NCBI RefSeq assembly: GCF_037902255.1 | Contig: NZ_CP147990.1 | Location: 1,740,001 to 1,772,000, forward strand | Length of the DNA: 32,000 nucleotides | Source: Candidatus Electrothrix sp. GW3-4 | Lineage (GTDB): Bacteria; Desulfobacterota; Desulfobulbia; Desulfobulbales; Desulfobulbaceae | Direction: 5' to 3' | Shown: in pieces, positions 27,130 through 32,000 of the stretch | Layout of the letters: every line of letters begins with the position of its first letter | Position numbering within the stretch: the first letter of the stretch is position 1 | Program-made: the position numbers and the translations under genes | Notes under the pieces: generated by a model | Seen by the model: the letters and a program-made list of their open reading frames with translations, nothing else | Database searches by the model: none | Told to the model about the DNA's origin: nothing

Positions 27130-27391
27130 TTGCAGGGGTTATCCCCTCCCCACACACAAAAAAGAAGACACTGATACCACACGGCTTTCTCATAATAAGC
27201 GTGATAACAATAAAGAATGGGTGGCGATTGACGGAAAAACTTTGAGAGGAACAGTAAAAAGTGGAGATACTCAGGCTGTTATTCTCGGTGTTACGCATGA
27301 CAGTAGAAAAGTTATAGCGCACGGTCGTATGACTACTCGACACACCTCTGTCTTTTCGATGAATTCATTAAAGTTTGATAAACGATGGTAA
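27130..27391 (+). mobile_element. Decayed remnant of an ISAs1-family (H-repeat-associated) transposase gene, with the DDE catalytic part absent.
   Basis: The frame at 27212-27391 reads 'KEWVAIDGKTLRGTVKSGDTQAVILGVTHDSRKVIAHGRM...'. The 'IAIDGKTLRGS' block is the hallmark of ISAs1 transposases. An upstream fragment, 'GVIPSPHT' (27135-27158, different frame), weakly recalls the family's 'GIPSHDT' block. There is no intact ORF. Confidence 0.55.
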
Positions 27392-27502
27392 GACAGCGGA
27401 ATGAAATGCTTAACGGTAGTAAAACGGAAATCTTTTGAAATTTCGACAAAAAGGAAACATCTATGAGTTTGCGCTCTCAACAAAACCTGATTATATAAAC
27501 GC

Positions 27503-28816
27503 TCAAAAAATATTCGGCGTTATTCGTCTCTTGATATGGTGGCGATAATAGAGATTGACCAAGAGATAGAGGAAAAATTTTTTCGGCCGGTGCCAAAATT
27601 CCCTGCGGAAAATGGTGCGCCGGAAGATAGAGCCCAGGCAGAACACCTCCTCATAGAGCTGCCAATAGGCCTCGGTGAGTTCCTCCGGGCTCATATTTCG
27701 GGGGACATGCACGGCCTCGGTGCCGTTATAGGAGTAGAGATCATGATTACAGATGCGCCCCGCTTGCAGCATCTGCGTATAAAAGTCCGTGCCAGGGATC
27801 GGGGTCAGGATATAGAAGCGAGGCACAACGATCTTATTCTCTCGGATAAAGACTGCTGTCCGGGCAATGGACTCCAGGGTGTCCCCGTCTGCGCCCACCA
27901 CCATTTCTGTGGATACATCAATCCCGGCCTCCTGAATGGTGCGGATCATGGCTGGATATTGGCTCGGATCTGCCCATCCCTTATCCATTGCCGCAAGGCT
28001 TTCCGGAGAAATGGATTCCAGGCCAAAGCTCAGGACCCGGCAGCCACTCGCGGCAACGGCCTTGAGCAGAGCTGGATGATGGGCAATATTCAGGGAGCAT
28101 TGGGAATACCAAATCATCTTCAGGGGCTTGATCTGCTCGCATAAACAGAGGAGATAGTCTGGCTGGGACAGGATATTATCATCCAGGAGGAGGAATTTGC
28201 GAAAGCCCAGCGTGCGAACATAGTGGATATCCCGCATCACTGCTTCCACAGGCCGTTGATAATAGCGGTTGCGGTACAGGCAATGGACCGAGCAGAAGGA
28301 GCAGGAATTGGGGCATCCCCGTCCAGCCTGCACTGGCAGAAAATCCCCAATCTTTTTGTCCAGGAGCAGCTCGTAGCGGGGCAAGGGGGGATCGAGTTCT
28401 TGCAGGCGTTGTTCATAACGGGGCTGAAGACAGCCCTTACGGTAATCCTCCAGCAGTTGGGCCCAGATCAGCTCTGCATCGCCAATGACCACGGCATCAC
28501 AGTATTTGCCAGCCTCTTCCGGCAGCAGGCTGACCATGTAGCCGCCCATGACCACGGTCTTGCCCAGGGCGCGAAACTCCCTGGCAAGGCTAATAGAACG
28601 GACAACGCTATGCCCCATTCCAGACAGGGCAATGATATCTGCGTTGGTGTCAAAGGGGATATCCTCAATGGTTTCCAGACAGATCTCCACCTGCCACTCC
28701 AACGGGGTCAGGGCAGCCAGCAGGGGCAAGGCCAGGCCGACAAAATAGAGACGATCTTTTTTTATCGGTAAGCTGTCAGGCCCGTAGGGTGAGGGCTGGA
28801 TAAACAGGATTTTCAT
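27503..28816 (-). CDS. B12-binding-domain radical SAM protein (class B, BchE/P-methylase-like), the second gene of the pair.
   Basis: The N-terminal Rossmann-like segment is 'MKILFIQPSP...DIIALSGMGHS...GKTVVMGGYM'. The radical SAM triad is 'GRGCPNSCSFC' (Cys codons 28292-28315). Length is 437 aa. Confidence 0.9.
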   Translation of the reverse strand: MKILFIQPSPYGPDSLPIKKDRLYFVGLALPLLAALTPLEWQVEICLETIEDIPFDTNADIIALSGMGHSVVRSISLAREFRALGKTVVMGGYMVSLLPEEAGKYCDAVVIGDAELIWAQLLEDYRKGCLQPRYEQRLQELDPPLPRYELLLDKKIGDFLPVQAGRGCPNSCSFCSVHCLYRNRYYQRPVEAVMRDIHYVRTLGFRKFLLLDDNILSQPDYLLCLCEQIKPLKMIWYSQCSLNIAHHPALLKAVAASGCRVLSFGLESISPESLAAMDKGWADPSQYPAMIRTIQEAGIDVSTEMVVGADGDTLESIARTAVFIRENKIVVPRFYILTPIPGTDFYTQMLQAGRICNHDLYSYNGTEAVHVPRNMSPEELTEAYWQLYEEVFCLGSIFRRTIFRREFWHRPKKFFLYLLVNLYYRHHIKRRITPNIF

Positions 28817-30195
28817 TATAGCTCCCCCTTATCCAGGTTACGGATGACTTTACTGAGATATTGCAGGGTTACCCGGCTGGAACCGAGAAAGAGGCGTAGG
28901 TTTTCCGCCAGGCCAAAACGACGCAGCAGGCGGAACATGGAGCTGGGGCGAAAGGTGACTGTATAGTAGAGCCTGATGATATGCCAATAATAGCCTGCCA
29001 CTGAGAGCCTGGTCGGGCGGACGACCAGATGGGCCAGGTCCCATTTTTCATACGCGGTTCTGGGGATGCGCAGGGTTGCCTCATCGACCTCACCAGCACC
29101 TGTCCCCCTGAGGGGCGTAAAGGGCTGGAGGTTGACAAAGGAGAGGTCCATCTTTTTTAACCATTGTCCCAGGTTGCGAAAATCTGTGCTGGTCCAGTCC
29201 ATATCCAGGATCAGGGTGGCATAGCAGTCCACCTGATGTTGGGCCAGCACGGCCACGGCCTCTTCGTTGATGACCCGGCTGGATTTTTTATGAAAGCGGT
29301 CCAGGTCATGATCCCGACAGGATTCGATCCCCACGATCACGGCCCGCAGGCCATTGGCGGCAAAACGACGGATTACCTCAGGATGGGCAGCAATAAAGTC
29401 GGCCCTGCCGTAGACCAGGAAGCGCTTGTCCAGGCCTCGTTGCTCCAGCTCTGCACAAAAGGCCAGGACCCGGTCCGGGGTGACCAGGAAATTATCATCC
29501 ACGATATAGATCTCCTGCTCCGGGAGCTGACTGAGCTCCTCCATCACCTCGGCAAGGGGACGGACAAAATACTGATGATCGGTGATCTCCCGACAGAAGC
29601 AGAAGGTACACTGGAACGGGCAACCAAAGGAGGTCTTGATCAGGGCACAGGGATTATGAAAGAGATAATAATAGCGGTGCCGGTAACGAGCCACCTTGCT
29701 GCGGTCCGGGAAGGGATGGGAAAAGGTGGTCTCTTTGACTGGCCTGGCCTTACCAGGTAACCAGACACCAGGGAGTTCCTGAAAGGCCTGGCCGGTTGCC
29801 AGGCAATGTACCAGGTCCCGGAAGGTGCTCAGGCCGTTGGCACAGATAATGGCATCCAGGCTGGGATGGAGAAAATCCTCAGGAAGCACCTCGGCATGGA
29901 CCCCGCCCACCACAGTACAACATGCGGGTGACCAGGCCTTGATGGTCTCGGCCATTGCCTTGATAATCTGCACATGGCTGATATAGCCGGTCAAGGCCAC
30001 CAGATCGGGCCGAAACTCAGCAAGAAGATCGGAGAGTGGGCGTTTTTCCAGGATCATATCCAGAATATCTACCTGATGCCCCAAGTCAGCGATGCAGGCA
30101 GCAAGGTACTCCAGCTCCAGGGGCTCGCAGATCATCATATGTTGGAGTCCAATGGTTTCGCGGCTGGGGCGGGGGCGAAGAAGAAGGATATTCAT
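28816..30195 (-). CDS. B12-binding-domain radical SAM protein (class B), the first gene of the pair.
   Basis: The N-terminal segment is 'MNILLLRPRPSRETIGLQHMMICEPLELEYLAA...DLVALTGYISH...CTVVGGVH'. The triad is 'FGCPFQCTFC' (Cys codons 29599-29622). Length is 459 aa. Its stop overlaps the downstream start (TAATG at 28814-28818). Confidence 0.9.
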   Translation of the reverse strand: MNILLLRPRPSRETIGLQHMMICEPLELEYLAACIADLGHQVDILDMILEKRPLSDLLAEFRPDLVALTGYISHVQIIKAMAETIKAWSPACCTVVGGVHAEVLPEDFLHPSLDAIICANGLSTFRDLVHCLATGQAFQELPGVWLPGKARPVKETTFSHPFPDRSKVARYRHRYYYLFHNPCALIKTSFGCPFQCTFCFCREITDHQYFVRPLAEVMEELSQLPEQEIYIVDDNFLVTPDRVLAFCAELEQRGLDKRFLVYGRADFIAAHPEVIRRFAANGLRAVIVGIESCRDHDLDRFHKKSSRVINEEAVAVLAQHQVDCYATLILDMDWTSTDFRNLGQWLKKMDLSFVNLQPFTPLRGTGAGEVDEATLRIPRTAYEKWDLAHLVVRPTRLSVAGYYWHIIRLYYTVTFRPSSMFRLLRRFGLAENLRLFLGSSRVTLQYLSKVIRNLDKGEL

Positions 30196-30347
30196 AGAGA
30201 GGACGGTGCGTTTCTCCTTGTTGGTTTGCTATATGGGGATTATATGGAGCGGCTCGGTCCTTTGCTGACCAGATTGACACCCCTCAGCAGCATGTGCTGT
30301 TGCGAAGAAAAGGAGAGAGAAAAATACTATTACAAGATCTGAAGGCA

Positions 30348-30376
30348 ATTATAGACCGGCCACGAAGAAAGGTAAA
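30348..30376 (-). promoter_or_regulatory. Candidate sigma70-type promoter for the radical SAM operon.
   Basis: The minus-strand sequence is TTTACC-17 nt-TATAAT (plus coordinates 30371-30376 and 30348-30353). It sits about 150 nt upstream of ATG 30195. This is pattern-only evidence. Confidence 0.3.
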
Positions 30377-30517
30377 GGAAAAACATTGAAATGCTCAGCA
30401 GTTATTTTCTTACTCGACCGGCCCTTTGGTTTTTAGCCCCAGGGATATCAGGAGAGCTGATCCTGTTTCGATGATTTTTTCCTGTCTGCAAAGGGTAAAT
30501 CCGGGCCACTGGTCTTT

Positions 30518-30542
30518 ATCACCCCACGGCCCGTGGGGTGAT
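30518..30542 (-). terminator. Perfect hairpin downstream of the MFS gene stop.
   Basis: 'ATCACCCCACGG-C-CCGTGGGGTGAT' has 12-nt complementary arms and lies about 60 nt past the stop at 30604. No U-tract on either strand. Confidence 0.35.
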
Positions 30543-30603
30543 GGATGATCATCTCGAGAGATCGGACTCTGATCTTCTTGATTCTTGCATCCGAGATCTG
30601 CTT

Positions 30604-31923
30604 TTACACCGTTGCCTCTTTTTTAATCCAGGCTGGTCGGTTCACAAATTGCGCCAGCACAGCCCCAATGACCAGCAGACCTGCGGAGAGGTAAAAGGCA
30701 TAGTCCAGACTGCCGGTCAGATCCTTGATAATGCCGCCCAGCTTGGCCATAAAGAAACCCAGACCCCAGCCGAGAAAAATCAGACCATAGTTTGTGCCCA
30801 GGTTCTTTGCCCCGTAAAAGTCACCGGTAAAGAGCGGCATCAGGGAGAGACCTCCGCCGTACTGCCAGTAGGCGTTGCCCACGACAATAAAGAGCAATAA
30901 GATGCTCTGGCTCTTTATGGCTACCGGCACCAGCAGTAGGCAGACGGCAGAGACCACACAGTTCAGAGTATAGGAGTTTTTTCTTCCTATTTTGTCGGAA
31001 TAACATCCGGTGCCGATCCGTCCAGAGGCGTTAACCAAGCCACCATAGGCGACCAGCAACCAGGCGTTTTCAGCAAAAAAGGGTATCTTTGCCCCTGCTG
31101 TTTTGAGTATCCCGGCTGCATTGGCAATGATCAGCATGCCAGATTGCGTTGTTAAAACAAACATAAAGAGCAGGGCATAGAATTGCCAGGTCTTGAGCAT
31201 CTCCTTGGCCTGCCAGTCACGCTGGGTGGCTGCTTCGGCAACCTTGCTCGAACGGGGACAGGGCGGTGCAGGTGGGCTATAGGAACCGTCCGGGTAGACC
31301 TCGTCCGGTGTCTTGAGCAGCTGCCCGGCAATAACGACCACAGCAGCAAAGAAGATACCTAGGTATATAAAACTCTTGGAAATGCCGTAGTTCTCAATCA
31401 GGTATTTGGCCAAAGGACTGATATACAGGGCTGCGCCGCCGTAACCGCCCACCACCATGCCCGCTATAATACCCCGGCGGTGCGGACCAAACCATTTCAG
31501 AGCTGCCGGAGTGGGCGCAGCATAGCCGATCCCCATCCCAATCCCGCCCAGAATACCGAATCCAAGGATAAGCCCCAGGTAACTCTGCATCAGCCCAGCC
31601 AGAATACAGCCGGAGGCCAGGAACAGACCTCCCAGGGTTGCCCCGAACTTGGGGCTGATCTTGTCCTGAATCCGTCCACCAGGGATCATCAGCAGGGCAA
31701 AGAGGATCATGCATATGGAAAAGGGCGTAGCTGCCTGAGCATTGGTCAGGTAGGTCCAGCCTTCATTCAGGCCGCTCATGGGTTGGCCTGCCCGGTCAAC
31801 ATTGGTGAGTGCTGCCGACCACATGCTCCAGGCATAGAGTATGCCAAGGCAGAGGTTGACTGCTACCCCGGCAAAGGTGGTGACCCAGGCCTGGGTAGGC
31901 ACTTTCTCTGCATGAACTGTCAT
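30604..31923 (-). CDS. MFS transporter, oxalate/formate antiporter (OFA) family-like.
   Basis: 439 aa with about 12 TM segments. 'VNLCLGILYAWS' and 'PGGRIQDKISPKFG' (MFS motif A-like) are present. AAGGAGA lies 4-5 nt upstream of the ATG. Confidence 0.85.
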   Translation of the reverse strand: MTVHAEKVPTQAWVTTFAGVAVNLCLGILYAWSMWSAALTNVDRAGQPMSGLNEGWTYLTNAQAATPFSICMILFALLMIPGGRIQDKISPKFGATLGGLFLASGCILAGLMQSYLGLILGFGILGGIGMGIGYAAPTPAALKWFGPHRRGIIAGMVVGGYGGAALYISPLAKYLIENYGISKSFIYLGIFFAAVVVIAGQLLKTPDEVYPDGSYSPPAPPCPRSSKVAEAATQRDWQAKEMLKTWQFYALLFMFVLTTQSGMLIIANAAGILKTAGAKIPFFAENAWLLVAYGGLVNASGRIGTGCYSDKIGRKNSYTLNCVVSAVCLLLVPVAIKSQSILLLFIVVGNAYWQYGGGLSLMPLFTGDFYGAKNLGTNYGLIFLGWGLGFFMAKLGGIIKDLTGSLDYAFYLSAGLLVIGAVLAQFVNRPAWIKKEATV

Positions 31924-32000
31924 GATTTCTCCTTTTTTTGTAGTGGTAGCGCTGTTACGCTGGCGTGTTTACCGACTCATGAAGATCACTGTAGCATAAA

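Noticed and set aside
27271-27483. A 70-aa minus-strand ORF just downstream of the radical SAM pair, considered as a possible substrate peptide or partner.
   Set aside because: It has a TTG start and no RBS, and it lies antisense to the ISAs1 remnant, so it is most likely fortuitous.
27536-29760. Three plus-strand ORFs of 180-200 aa (27536..28144, 28223..28771, 29164..29760).
   Set aside because: All are antisense to the two radical SAM genes, whose B12-binding and CxxxCxxC features identify the true coding strand.
30240-30293. A 17-codon minus-strand uORF ('MLLRGVNLVSKGPSRSI') considered as a possible RiPP precursor for the radical SAM enzymes.
   Set aside because: It has no RBS, no Cys/Ser/Thr-rich core or leader-like features, and it is very short. 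I note it only as a possible leader element.
30448-30515. Cobalamin-riboswitch-like strings: 'TCAGGAGAGCTGA' (B12-box-like, 30448-30460) and 'GCCACTG' (30505-30511).
   Set aside because: Both are on the plus strand, where no gene follows. Their order is the reverse of the riboswitch consensus, in which the B12 box is 3' of GCCACUG. The other conserved core elements are missing. An Infernal scan with RF00174 would settle it.
30538-30900. A 120-aa plus-strand ORF overlapping the 3' end of the MFS gene.
   Set aside because: It is antisense to a well-formed 12-TM transporter ORF and has no RBS or motifs.

Overview
This is a bacterial chromosomal window, and taxon cannot be assigned from the sequence alone. 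The core (about 5.3-22.2 kb, all plus strand, many overlapping stop/start codons) is a surface-glycan locus of the O-antigen/EPS type. It encodes a Wzx-like flippase, an EpsG-like polymerase, 6 glycosyltransferases, 3 methyltransferases (2 FkbM-type), a hexapeptide acyltransferase, an AsnB-type amidotransferase, an NTP_transf_5-like protein and two tandem DUF218 proteins. The locus is compositionally mosaic. Its left junction is a truncated PglK/MsbA-like ABC exporter gene that abuts the intact Wzx gene. On the left flank lies the 5' part of a type I cas3 (HD domain plus helicase start) that runs off the window, followed by a divergent hrpB. Both genes have their frame broken by an apparent 1-nt loss in a G(4-5)A(4-6) tract. 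An AT-rich islet with a small ORF and a metallophosphoesterase follow. On the right flank are an 814-aa secreted glycan-binding/hydrolase-like protein and a lone trpA. Next comes a low-GC islet with two uncharacterised genes that ends in a decayed ISAs1-like transposase remnant. The window closes with a minus-strand pair of translationally coupled B12-binding radical SAM genes and an oxalate/formate-antiporter-family MFS transporter. I saw no rRNA, tRNA or CRISPR array. The best candidates for uncharacterised biology are the orphan tandem class-B radical SAM operon (27.5-30.2 kb) and the IS-flanked two-gene islet (25.6-27.1 kb). All family assignments come from motif recognition by eye and need HMM or BLAST confirmation.
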